Under the pieces are notes generated by a model, which had not been told where the DNA came from, searched no databases, and saw nothing but the letters and a program-made list of their open reading frames with translations. DNA of 64,000 nucleotides from Planctomycetota bacterium. GTDB taxonomy: Bacteria > Planctomycetota > Phycisphaerae > UBA1845. The position numbers and the translations under genes are program-made. Shown in pieces: positions 36,131 to 45,564 of the stretch. Location of the stretch: assembly GCA_052034525.1 (NCBI GenBank), contig JBPOIK010000079.1, forward strand, positions 6,579 to 70,578. Reading direction: 5' to 3'. How positions within the stretch are numbered: position 1 is the first letter of the stretch; the number at the start of each line of letters is the position of its first letter.

Positions 36131-38203
36131 TCAGTGGGTGGGTGGCAGAACGGCGAAGCGGGCGGCCGCGGCGGGGCCGTCACCAGCGGTGCATCGAAGC
36201 TCGAACTGGCCGGGGGGCAGCGTCAAGCGAGTAAGCTGGTCCGCAGACAGAACCCGGCCGTTGAGGAACCAAGTGAGGTTGCCATCCCGGTTGGCACGAG
36301 GGCGGATAACGGTCTGCCCCGAGAGTGCGATGAACCGCGAGCCGTCGCGCGGGCTGAGGATACGCAGCGGGCCGCCCAACTCGGTCGGGCGGGGCAACGG
36401 GTTACGGACGGCCCAGAGACCGGGTGGATCGGGGGCAACGGCCGAGCGAATGGTTGGCAGGTCGAGAATAGCGCTCAGCAGCGGCTCGGCGGCCTGCGCC
36501 CCGACGTAGCCGGCATGGCCGGCGCCGGAGAACCGCCCGATCCACACCCCGACGACCACCTTGCGGTTGTGGCCGACCGCCCAAGCATCGCGCCGGCGGG
36601 AGCTGGTGCCGGTTTTCCACATGAACCAGGGAATCGTCTCCGCCGGCCAGGCCTCCATGCCATTGGGGCGACGACGCTGGGAGGAAAGGATGTCGTCCAG
36701 TGCAGCGCAGACGTCCGGCTCCAGAACGCGGGCGGTGGTCGTCGGATCGTCCAGGAAGAGTCGTGGAGTCTGCCGGACGCCGCCGCGCCCGATGGTCGCA
36801 TATCCCGTGACCAGGTCCACAAGCGTTACTTCCACTGCCCCGGTGACGACGGCCAGCCCGCCACGGGCGAGCACGTTGTCAGGCAGGCGGATGCCGGCCG
36901 ATTCAACAATGCCGGCACAGTGGGCGAGGCCGACGGCCTCCGCCGTCAGGATGGCCGGGACGTTCAGGGATCGTTGGAGCGCCTCCGCTGCCGGCAGGGG
37001 GCCGCAGAATGTGCGGTCAAAGTTCTCCGGCGACCAGCCGGCACGGTTGATCGGGATGTCATAGACGGTGGAATCCGGCGCGAGGCGCCGGGTCTGAAAG
37101 GCGGCGGCGTAGACAAACGGCTTGAGTGTCGAACCGGGGCTCCGCCGGGCGATGGCGCCGTTCACCTGCCCGTCGACGGGGTCGGCCGGGTCGGCCGAAC
37201 CGACTAGAGCGAGGATGTCGCCCGTCGGGATATCCATGACCAGCACGGCCACGTCCGAGCCGGGCGGGAGGGCGGCCGCACGTTCACGTACGAGCCGTTC
37301 CACGTCGGCCTGGAGAGAGAGGCAGATCGTGGTTCGGCCGCCGTGCGGACGGCGTTGCAGCGCGAGCCAGGCGGCCTGGGGTGCGTGCATCTGCCGCGGC
37401 GCCGGTTGCAGAACGAGTGGTTCGGCGACGGCCTGTCGCCATTGTGCGGCCGTGATAACGCCTGTCTCGAGCATTCGGCAAAGAACGGTATCGCGGCGAG
37501 CGTGGGCGCGGTCGGGGTGGCGGTCCGGACGATAGCGGGCAGGGGACTGAGGCAGACCGGCCAGGAGCGCGGCTTCCGACAGGGTAAGTTCCGATGCCGG
37601 TCGGCCGAACCAGGCCAGCGATGCGGCCTGGACTCCGCGGTAGTTGCGACCGTACGGGGCGAGGTTGAGGTAGATCTCCAGGATATCATCCTTGGAACGT
37701 AATCGTTCCAGTTGCAGCGCGCGGAAGGATTCGACGATCTTGGCGCGGAAGGATCGAGGTCGGTCGTCCATCATGCGGCACACCTGCATGGTGAGCGTGC
37801 TGGCGCCGGACCGGATGCGGCCGGCGGCGACGTTCTGACCGATCGCCCGGATGACGGAGATCGGATCGACCCCCGGGTGAGAGTAGAAGCGTTCGTCCTC
37901 CGCGGCGATGGTGGCCTTGACCAGCCAGGGGGACATCCGATCGAGAGGGATGGAAAACCGCCATTGTTCGTCTTTGGCGACCAGCGTGAGCAGCACACGG
38001 TCGGAGCGGTCCGTGACACGCGGACTCACCGGCCAGTTGTTCAGGTGTTCAATCGGGAACGGGAAGGCAATCCAGGCGACGACAAACGTGAGCAGAGCGA
38101 CGGTAGTGAGGATGGCGGCCCATCCTGCTGCCTTTCGAAGCCGACCGGAAGGCCGGCCTCCTCGCGCATGAAACCACTGTCGCAGCCGCTCGATGGGTCT
38201 CAT
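36131..38203 (-). CDS. pbpC: Penicillin-binding protein 1C (glycosyltransferase GT51 plus transpeptidase)
   Basis: GT51 motifs ATIAAEDERFYSHPGVDPISVIRA...SGASTLTMQVCR. Transpeptidase motif SPGSTLKPFVY. The ATG overlaps the stop of the upstream alpha-2-macroglobulin gene (ATGA at 38200-38203). Confidence 0.9.
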   Translation of the reverse strand: MRPIERLRQWFHARGGRPSGRLRKAAGWAAILTTVALLTFVVAWIAFPFPIEHLNNWPVSPRVTDRSDRVLLTLVAKDEQWRFSIPLDRMSPWLVKATIAAEDERFYSHPGVDPISVIRAIGQNVAAGRIRSGASTLTMQVCRMMDDRPRSFRAKIVESFRALQLERLRSKDDILEIYLNLAPYGRNYRGVQAASLAWFGRPASELTLSEAALLAGLPQSPARYRPDRHPDRAHARRDTVLCRMLETGVITAAQWRQAVAEPLVLQPAPRQMHAPQAAWLALQRRPHGGRTTICLSLQADVERLVRERAAALPPGSDVAVLVMDIPTGDILALVGSADPADPVDGQVNGAIARRSPGSTLKPFVYAAAFQTRRLAPDSTVYDIPINRAGWSPENFDRTFCGPLPAAEALQRSLNVPAILTAEAVGLAHCAGIVESAGIRLPDNVLARGGLAVVTGAVEVTLVDLVTGYATIGRGGVRQTPRLFLDDPTTTARVLEPDVCAALDDILSSQRRRPNGMEAWPAETIPWFMWKTGTSSRRRDAWAVGHNRKVVVGVWIGRFSGAGHAGYVGAQAAEPLLSAILDLPTIRSAVAPDPPGLWAVRNPLPRPTELGGPLRILSPRDGSRFIALSGQTVIRPRANRDGNLTWFLNGRVLSADQLTRLTLPPGQFELRCTAGDGPAAAARFAVLPPTH

Positions 38204-41200
38204 CGGCTCACCACAAGATTTCCCGCTCCGTGGACCGAGGCAAACCCGGGGTCATACATGCACGACGCCTCGATCGGCGGCACGACGAAGGAGCCGGCGG
38301 ACACCGCACGCAGGCTGTAACGGAAGGTGCGGGCTTCGCGGCCGACGGAGGTGAACACAAGCACGCGGTCGTCGAGGAATTCCACCCGGTCCGGCACGTC
38401 CCCGGGTTCGTCCCATGGCGCCGCGCGAACGGAGGTGACCAGACGCGGGTTTTCCACTTCCAGCCCGCCAGGCAGAGCGTCCACAATGCAGACGTTCTCC
38501 AGCAACTGGTAATCGTCCAGACCTGGTGCCGCCACTTCCACCTCCACGAGAATCAGGTCACCCGTCCGCACGGCGGTCGGATCGATGGGGGTCCCGTCGC
38601 CCTTAAGCCACCGGCGACGGACGGTGAGCTGGCGGTCGTACGGTCGTACGGCGGCCTCGGCCGCCAGCCCGGTGAAGCTGACGGAAACATGAATCTGGCC
38701 GGTTCCCTCGGCGGCAATCTCGATGGGGCATCCTCCGCGTTCCGCGGTGAGCGAAACAGGCTCGTTGCTGGAAAAAGGTGCCGACACGTTGGGGCCGGTG
38801 ATGGTGCCGTGGAAGTCGGCTGGTTCGGCGGCGAGAGCCTGGTAGCGGGCCAGGGCGGCCAGCGCGCCGGCCGTCTGCAGCGTGTTGCCCCAGTGGCCGT
38901 CCTTCCGAGCGGCCTCCAATCGCCGCACGAGCGGCACGATCCACGGATGGTTCGGGTCCAGATCGAGCAGCACGAGCAGCAGCGTGGCTTCCTGGTGGAC
39001 TTGCGACGTGATTCGATCGCCCGTCGTGGCAACGACAGATTGCTCGAGCGTGTCGTCGGCGAGCACCTGTTCGGCCCGGTCCCGCTGGCCGGCGGCCAAC
39101 CAGGCGGCAGCCAGATGCGCCCGGCCGGCGATGTCGAGTTGGATGGTCGGTTCACTGAGGCGGGCCATCCAACCCCGCTGGGGACGATCCCAACCGGCCA
39201 GCACGTGGCAGATCATGGCCCGCAGATTGGCGTTTCCGCCGTCGTCGTCGATGTCGTTCAGAACGGACTCAAGGTATTTGCAGAGATCATTCATCAGTTG
39301 AGATTCGACGGCATAACCCTGACGCGATGCGCAGAGCAGGAACTCGCCGACGTATGTGGACACCCACGCTTCCGCGCGGACGTCGCCGGGCCAGCAGCCG
39401 AAACCGCCGGACCGGGTCTGCATGGACCAGAGTCGGAAGATGCCGGCTTGGATCAGGTCGCGTACGGCATCCCCGGCCTGGGCCGACGGGCTGGATGTCG
39501 GGAACAGCTCCGGCGCGTACAGCAGGGCCAACAGACGGCTGGTCGTCTGTTCCAGGCAGCCGTACGGATAGTCAAGCAGGAGCTGAAGGGCCGGACGAAG
39601 CTGAACGGCGGGCCGGGCCCCGACGGTGACGGCCGTTCGAACGGTCTCGGCTCGGAGTGTCTCCGGCGGGTCGAGCATCACGGGATCGCCGGGTGTGATG
39701 GTCAGAAGCCGGCTTACCGTAACCAGCGGGACGGCGGGGCGGACAGTCACGTCCGCCCGAGCGATGGCGGCCAGCGCTTCCCCATCGGCCGCCGTGGCGG
39801 TCGCCTGGACCCGGGCCTCCGCGATGCCCAGCGTGTCGGTCGTGGCCGTGAACCAGACCGTGCTGGAGCCACCGGGCGGAACGGCCACTGCTGGCCGCTG
39901 CGGCTCCGCCACGGTGAGAACACCCGGCGGGGCCAGGACATGCACATCCACGCTCAGCGGGTTCTCAGACGTATTGAAAAGCTTGACCGGCACGTCGAAC
40001 GTGTCGTTTGGTGCGGCGAATCGCGGCCAGGCGGCTTCCACCACAAGTGGCGCCGTGACGGTCAGCGCGTGTTCGGCGTGGCCGTAGAGGTCGGCATCCG
40101 CCGCCACGCCCATGATCCGCATCTGCCCCGTGAGGTCCGGCAGCATGAGGTCCGCGTGGGCGGTCCCGTCCGCCTCCAGCGGCACCACGGTTCGCCAGAT
40201 TACGGCCGGATCTCGGTGTCGAACGCCCACGGGATTCCGCCGCATCGCCTCTTCCCCGAAGTCGTCTCCGCCGATGCGGGTCATGTCGGCGGGGCGGAGG
40301 TAGTCCGGCATGAGGTTGGCGAACAGATCGGCCGACCACACTCCTGCCACGCGCGGCGCCAGGAACCAGGAAAGCGGGTCCGGCGTCTTGTATGCGGTGG
40401 TCAGCAGAATGCCCTCGTCAACGGCCCACAGATGAAGGCAGCCCGGCCGCTGAAGATCAGCCGGCGCCGACGTGCGAGCGATCACCTGGACAGACTGCCC
40501 CGGTCGGGCCGTGGCGGGCGCCTCGATGGTGATCGGCAGGTTGTGAGCCGTGTGATCCGCAATCAGGCGCACGGTACCCATGGCGCGGTGTGGGAGCCAC
40601 TGCGGCTGGTCCGGATTCAGCGGGCGCACGATGGTGGCGGTGACGAACCCGCCGCCGCGGATGGTCTGAGGGACGGCAAGCGCGACCTCGATGCCGTTGC
40701 TGGTCATCTCCACTACCTGGGTGTCCAGCACGCGATCCGTTTCCAGTGCCAGCCACAACGTGCCGGGGAAGGGACTCCGCACAAGGACGCGCGCCTGCGA
40801 CCCGGGCACGTACCGGTCATGATCGAGGATGACTTCTGCTCGCTCAGGCTGATCCAGAGCCACGGTGACCGCCGCGGTCCCGTCGCGAACGGCGTGAAAC
40901 TCCAATCGGGTCAGGCTGCCGGACTCCACGTCCGTCGCCTCGAACCGGTATTGGCCGGGGGTCGGGCAGCGAACCGTGATGACGCCCTCGGGCGTCTGAC
41001 TGGCCGCCAAAGCACCGGTGGCGACTTCCGTAACATCCTCGACAGATTTGAACACCCACCGCCCGTTAACCCACTCGAGTACGGATTCATATTCCACCCG
41101 TTGCAGGACGTATTTCAGGCCGCCGGGCTGGGCCGGTTCGTCGGTACACGACACCTGTGTCCATGTGATGGGCACCTCTTGATCGACGGGTACGAGGTGT

Positions 41201-43617
41201 CCGGCCGGCAGTCGCAGTCCGACGTGTCTACCGGCTGCATCGACGCGGAAACCCGTGCCCGTAGAGACGGACCGCCCGCCGGGTTCGGAAACCGTGACAG
41301 CAACGGCGGCCTCCCACAGACCGGCCGGTACATCCGGCGGCAGGGGCAGCTCGAGCGTCGCGTGCCCCTGCTCGTCCAGCGGGGCCTCGGTATCCGGGAT
41401 GGCCGCGCGAGCACCGGCCAGCGGATCTGTGAACGTGTGGTCGGGGAACCGTCTGGACTGGAACGAGATGCGCCGAAAGGTTCCGCTGACGACGGCCGGG
41501 AGCTTCGCCGCAGGCTGGCCAAACAGGTACCGGGCCTTCGTCTCAACCGCCGGCGCCTGATCGGGAGCGAACAGGGGCGCCGTGGGATTGGCCGTCACTT
41601 CCAGGCGCACCGGGACGAAGGTCTCAATCAACGCGCTGGTTTCGCCGAGCACTTCCGCCGCGCCCGGCAGGCTGACGGAGAACCGATACTCGCCAAGCTG
41701 CCCGTCGGGCAGGCTCGGGTACTCCGCGTGGAAAAACCCCTGTCGGTCCGGCTGTGACGCGATCGCCATCTCCTGAACGGCGCGTCCGTCGGGACGGGTT
41801 ACCTTCAGGGTCAGGGGGAAGGCCGGTGGAACCTGACCGACATCGTCCCGGATGATCCCCGTAAGATGGACCGGGTCGCCGGGCCGGTAGACGCCACGCT
41901 CGGTATAGAGCATCACGTCGTAGGTGCGCGGATACGGGCGACCGGAATGATCCACGTCATCGAACACCCACGGTTCCCGCTCCGGAACCACGTAATTCAG
42001 GTCGTCGCCCAGCCGGGCGGTGACCAGCCAGGGATTGCCATCCGGGTGGTTATCCGGCACGACCAGCCGGGCAATTCCATCCGGGCCGGTGGTGCCGGAA
42101 CCGAGCAACTGGTTGTTGAACGACCAGGCGCACACCTCGGCCCCGGCCACTGACCGGGCCGTGCGCAGCGAGGTCACCCAGGCGGTCAGCCCGTCTCGTT
42201 CCTGCTTGACGGTCAGGCCCAAGTCGGAAATGCAGACAATCGCGGTGTCGTCCACCCAGGTCTGGTCCGTAGCGCTGGCCTGCACGTAGTAGACGCCGGG
42301 GTGATCCGGCAGCACCTGCTGAAGGCTGACGGCGGTGACGGTGGGGATGTTGCGGGGCAGATCGAGCGGAAAGATTTGCTCGTCCAGCTCGCGGGCGGTC
42401 GCTCGCGGCCTTTCACCCCGAACGTGTGCGACCAGGTTGTTCTCGTGCACGCGCCGCGTCCGGATCGCCACGCCGGCCACGTTCACGGCCCGCAATTCCA
42501 CCTCACGATGCCCGTAGGGTGTCAGGATTCCCCGGCTGACAGGAAAACGCAGCCCGGGCCAGCGGTCGGGAATCTCGAAGGTCACCGTCTGGGGCGACCC
42601 CACGGTGGACCCGTCAACGGCCACGGCCTCGGCGCCCACGATGGCCGTGTATGTCCGGCCCGATTCAAACGGCCCCTCGATCCACAGGGATCCCCAGGAT
42701 CCCCGGCGCACTCGCAAACCGGGGACGGGCGGATCGGTTTGGACGGTGGGCAGCGGTTTGTCGTGGTGCAGGGCGAATGAAAAATGCAAGTCAATCGCTA
42801 CGTCGTCCTCGAGGCAGGGGTGGTTGACTTCCGCCGAGAGCAGAACGAACCGCGGGCTGACATCGAGCTGCCGTGTTTCGTTCTGGCCGAGCGGTCGGTT
42901 GCCGCCGTGCCCGGTGAGGGCGGCCGCCAACGTCAGGTATACCCGAGCGGCATCGCTCCGCGGGCACCGGATGATCATGCGTTCCGCCGGTTCACGCGTC
43001 AGGCAGACCGCGTCCAGAATCTCGCCGGACGCGCGCTGGGATCCTGGAGTCGCCTCCTCGCACAATGACGTCCGGATCCGAAGGTGGGCGAGCAGGTCGC
43101 TCGGGTTGACCGGCTGGTTGAAGACGAGTTCCAGCGTCAGATCAGAACGATCCACGGCCAGAAGCTGGTGATGGATCAATTGGAGGGGGCGCGTGGCAAA
43201 CTCAAACGAAGACGTGCCAACGAGCACACGCCCGGTCTGCGTTTCCGCGTCCGCCGCAGGCTTGACCACGTATACCCGACCCGGCGCCAGTGGCCTGTCC
43301 AGGCGATACTCCAGTCGGTCCGGCTTGGCCCAGACCCATTGGCCGTCCGGCGGCGGATCCACGAGGAAGGGCGAGCGGGCTGCCGGTTTGCCGACCAGAG
43401 ACGTAGGCACCAGCGGCTCATCAAAAACGAGGGTGAGCCGGTCGGTCTCGTCGATGTTCTGCGTCGGGAGAGCGGCGAGCACGCGGAGCTTGGGCCGGTC
43501 CGTGCGGGTGGCCGCCCGGTAGATGAGCCCCAGTCCAACGGCGTTCAATACGAGCAGGGCGGCAGCCAGAAACGCAAAACGAGTGCGGGAAAGCATAGGT
43601 TCGACTCCATGAACCAA
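38200..43617 (-). CDS. Bacterial alpha-2-macroglobulin family protein (YfhM-like), 1805 aa
   Basis: Thioester motif YPYGCLEQTTSRL, with CLEQ encoded at 39547-39558 on the minus strand. The size, the N-terminal hydrophobic anchor (FAFLAAALLVLNAVGLGLI) and the genetic linkage to pbpC all fit this family. Confidence 0.9.
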   Translation of the reverse strand: MVHGVEPMLSRTRFAFLAAALLVLNAVGLGLIYRAATRTDRPKLRVLAALPTQNIDETDRLTLVFDEPLVPTSLVGKPAARSPFLVDPPPDGQWVWAKPDRLEYRLDRPLAPGRVYVVKPAADAETQTGRVLVGTSSFEFATRPLQLIHHQLLAVDRSDLTLELVFNQPVNPSDLLAHLRIRTSLCEEATPGSQRASGEILDAVCLTREPAERMIIRCPRSDAARVYLTLAAALTGHGGNRPLGQNETRQLDVSPRFVLLSAEVNHPCLEDDVAIDLHFSFALHHDKPLPTVQTDPPVPGLRVRRGSWGSLWIEGPFESGRTYTAIVGAEAVAVDGSTVGSPQTVTFEIPDRWPGLRFPVSRGILTPYGHREVELRAVNVAGVAIRTRRVHENNLVAHVRGERPRATARELDEQIFPLDLPRNIPTVTAVSLQQVLPDHPGVYYVQASATDQTWVDDTAIVCISDLGLTVKQERDGLTAWVTSLRTARSVAGAEVCAWSFNNQLLGSGTTGPDGIARLVVPDNHPDGNPWLVTARLGDDLNYVVPEREPWVFDDVDHSGRPYPRTYDVMLYTERGVYRPGDPVHLTGIIRDDVGQVPPAFPLTLKVTRPDGRAVQEMAIASQPDRQGFFHAEYPSLPDGQLGEYRFSVSLPGAAEVLGETSALIETFVPVRLEVTANPTAPLFAPDQAPAVETKARYLFGQPAAKLPAVVSGTFRRISFQSRRFPDHTFTDPLAGARAAIPDTEAPLDEQGHATLELPLPPDVPAGLWEAAVAVTVSEPGGRSVSTGTGFRVDAAGRHVGLRLPAGHLVPVDQEVPITWTQVSCTDEPAQPGGLKYVLQRVEYESVLEWVNGRWVFKSVEDVTEVATGALAASQTPEGVITVRCPTPGQYRFEATDVESGSLTRLEFHAVRDGTAAVTVALDQPERAEVILDHDRYVPGSQARVLVRSPFPGTLWLALETDRVLDTQVVEMTSNGIEVALAVPQTIRGGGFVTATIVRPLNPDQPQWLPHRAMGTVRLIADHTAHNLPITIEAPATARPGQSVQVIARTSAPADLQRPGCLHLWAVDEGILLTTAYKTPDPLSWFLAPRVAGVWSADLFANLMPDYLRPADMTRIGGDDFGEEAMRRNPVGVRHRDPAVIWRTVVPLEADGTAHADLMLPDLTGQMRIMGVAADADLYGHAEHALTVTAPLVVEAAWPRFAAPNDTFDVPVKLFNTSENPLSVDVHVLAPPGVLTVAEPQRPAVAVPPGGSSTVWFTATTDTLGIAEARVQATATAADGEALAAIARADVTVRPAVPLVTVSRLLTITPGDPVMLDPPETLRAETVRTAVTVGARPAVQLRPALQLLLDYPYGCLEQTTSRLLALLYAPELFPTSSPSAQAGDAVRDLIQAGIFRLWSMQTRSGGFGCWPGDVRAEAWVSTYVGEFLLCASRQGYAVESQLMNDLCKYLESVLNDIDDDGGNANLRAMICHVLAGWDRPQRGWMARLSEPTIQLDIAGRAHLAAAWLAAGQRDRAEQVLADDTLEQSVVATTGDRITSQVHQEATLLLVLLDLDPNHPWIVPLVRRLEAARKDGHWGNTLQTAGALAALARYQALAAEPADFHGTITGPNVSAPFSSNEPVSLTAERGGCPIEIAAEGTGQIHVSVSFTGLAAEAAVRPYDRQLTVRRRWLKGDGTPIDPTAVRTGDLILVEVEVAAPGLDDYQLLENVCIVDALPGGLEVENPRLVTSVRAAPWDEPGDVPDRVEFLDDRVLVFTSVGREARTFRYSLRAVSAGSFVVPPIEASCMYDPGFASVHGAGNLVVSR

Positions 43618-44059
43618 CAGTGCATCCGTGCGGGGTGAGGTCGCATTTACTTATAGCAGATCGCTGCGCATGAATACAAGAGCGAACCAGGGCGCACGAT
43701 AAGAAATCAAGCGGCAAAGCCGCGGCTCTCGGATCCAATGAGAAATCGACTGTGCGAACACTGTTGAATCACGGTGAACAACACGGGGGTAGGTCGGGGA
43801 TACGAGTGGCCGGGCACGCGGGAGCTGAATTGGAGCTGGGGCATTTGACGCGAGGAACCGCCCCCTCCCTCCTTTCCCTCAGGGCGTGAACGGTCACGTG
43901 CCCGGTGAGTCCTGACGCCGGGTGCACCGGATGCCCTTTGTCCGTCAGACCAAGGAAGCGGGCAAGCCGCATGGCCGGGCCGTGGCGGCGGCGGGACAGC
44001 GTCACGATTTGCGCTTGACGATCGGGAGGCCCGCAATAAGACGTCTTGTTTTGTGACCA

Positions 44060-45148
44060 TCAAGACGTCACGGCGGCGCATGCGGCGCGCACGATCGCGT
44101 CCGGCACGTCGTCACGCAGCACCGTAGCGCCCAGGCCCCGCGGCAGCGTGAATCGGACCTTGCCGCCGGCCACCTTTTTGTCGCGCGACATGTAGCCCAG
44201 CAACTCGTCCTCGTTCAGCGGGATGTCCAGTCGCACGGGCAGGCCGTACGCTTCCAGACACCGCACCACGTGCCCCGCATCCGCCTGCGAAAGCAGCCCC
44301 ATCTCCACCGCGATGCGGCACTCGGCGACCATGCCCAGCGCCACGCATTCGCCGTGTCGCAGGGCGTATCCTCGCGCGGCCTCGATCGCATGGCCCACGG
44401 TGTGCCCGAAGTTCAATGACGCCCGCAGCGCTGTCTGTTCCCGCTCATCGCGCGAGACCACGTCCGCCTTGATCCGAACGTTCCGCTGTACCAGCTCCGT
44501 CAGCACGTCGGGCTCGCGGGCCAGCACACGCTTGCATTCCGTGATGTGCCATCGCAGAAACGGCTCGTCGGTGATCACCGCGTGCTTGATGGATTCGGCC
44601 AGGCCGGCCACCAGATCCCGCGGCGAGAGCGTGCGCAGGCACTCCGGATCGATCTGCACCAGCGCGGGCTGATGAAACGCTCCGACGAGGTTTTTGCCCG
44701 CCCGATGGTTAACGGCCGTTTTGCCACCGATGGCGGCGTCTACGTCCGCCTCAACCGTCGTCGGGCAGATAGCGAATGCCACGCCACGCATCCACGTCGC
44801 GGCCGCGAAGCCCGTCAGATCGCTCACCATGCCGCCGCCCAGCGCCACCAGCGCGCCGTCCCGGGCCAGCCGCATTTCTCCCAAACGGTCGTAGATTCGG
44901 TCGGCCGAGGCGAGCGATTTCGTCGCATCGCCCGGCGGCAGGATCAGAGCGGCGACCTCCAGCCCCGCATCGCGCAGGCTCGCCAGCGCGGCCTCTGCGA
45001 ACAGCCCAGCCACAGTCTCATCGCTGACCAGCAGAACCTTCGTCGGATGGACCAGTTCAGCCAGCGCCGGACCCAGTTCTCGGAGGGCGCCCGGGTGAAC
45101 CGTCACGCGAGTCCGGCTGGCGGCGAAAGAAATATCGAAAGTGCTCAC
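44060..45148 (-). CDS. aroB: 3-dehydroquinate synthase
   Basis: A GTG at 45148 gives (M)STFDISFAASRTRVTVHPGAL.... Motifs: ...LVALGGGMVSDLTGFAAATWMRGV...PTTVEADVDAAIGGKTAVN...NFGHTVGHAIE. The upstream 127 codons of ORF 44060..45529 look non-coding. Confidence 0.9.
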   Translation of the reverse strand: MSTFDISFAASRTRVTVHPGALRELGPALAELVHPTKVLLVSDETVAGLFAEAALASLRDAGLEVAALILPPGDATKSLASADRIYDRLGEMRLARDGALVALGGGMVSDLTGFAAATWMRGVAFAICPTTVEADVDAAIGGKTAVNHRAGKNLVGAFHQPALVQIDPECLRTLSPRDLVAGLAESIKHAVITDEPFLRWHITECKRVLAREPDVLTELVQRNVRIKADVVSRDEREQTALRASLNFGHTVGHAIEAARGYALRHGECVALGMVAECRIAVEMGLLSQADAGHVVRCLEAYGLPVRLDIPLNEDELLGYMSRDKKVAGGKVRFTLPRGLGATVLRDDVPDAIVRAACAAVTS

Positions 45149-45528
45149 GTCGCGGTCCTTCGTTCGGGGGCCATGATACCGGCAGGTGAGCCTCGTCGGA
45201 AACCCGGCCGCCCGGCGGGGTTGTGTCGCTTGCCCGCTTTGTGTCGCGTTACCACAACATATAGAGCGACAGGTTTCTACCGGCCGCCATCCCTGCGATC
45301 TCTGGCAAATTCGACGCGGTTGAGGTAAACTGGTGGGCTGTGTGACTCGTATAAGAGTGCAATGGAAGACCGGTAATGTCCGCCTGCCACACGTGAAAAG
45401 GAGTGCCTGACGTAAGTCGCGAGTCACTAAGGATTTATAGCGGCTTCCCTGGTGGTATCTCACAGATGTGAGGTTCTTCCTCAGAACGCTAAGTTCAATC
45501 CTGGCAAAGAGTAGTAACGGTTTCTTCA

Positions 45529-45557
45529 TTGACGCTGCTGCTTATCGGAGTTAAAAT
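45529..45557 (+). promoter_or_regulatory. Sigma-70-type promoter giving an apparently leaderless folC mRNA
   Basis: TTGACG (45529-45534), a 17-nt spacer, then TAAAAT (45552-45557). The folC ATG at 45565 lies 8 nt after the -10 hexamer and has no Shine-Dalgarno sequence. Confidence 0.5.
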
Positions 45558-45564
45558 CCTGCCC

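Noticed and set aside
43618-44059. The 440-bp spacer between aroB and the alpha-2-macroglobulin gene, including ORF 43707..44081(-) and a GACGTCTTG...CAAGACGTC hairpin overlapping the aroB stop.
   Set aside because: The ORF is low-complexity and overlaps the aroB end. The hairpin may be a terminator but lacks a U-tract. Nothing else in the spacer is distinctive.
45343-45428. Resemblance of the element upstream of folC to purine (TATAA...ATGG...ACCGG..TAATGTCCG) or ZTP (GTGACT.G ... CCGCCTG) riboswitch fragments.
   Set aside because: The required P2/P3 stems of the purine aptamer and the full ZTP pseudoknot consensus cannot be drawn. The best folC promoter also lies downstream of the element. 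I kept it only as an unspecified structured element that needs a covariance-model scan.
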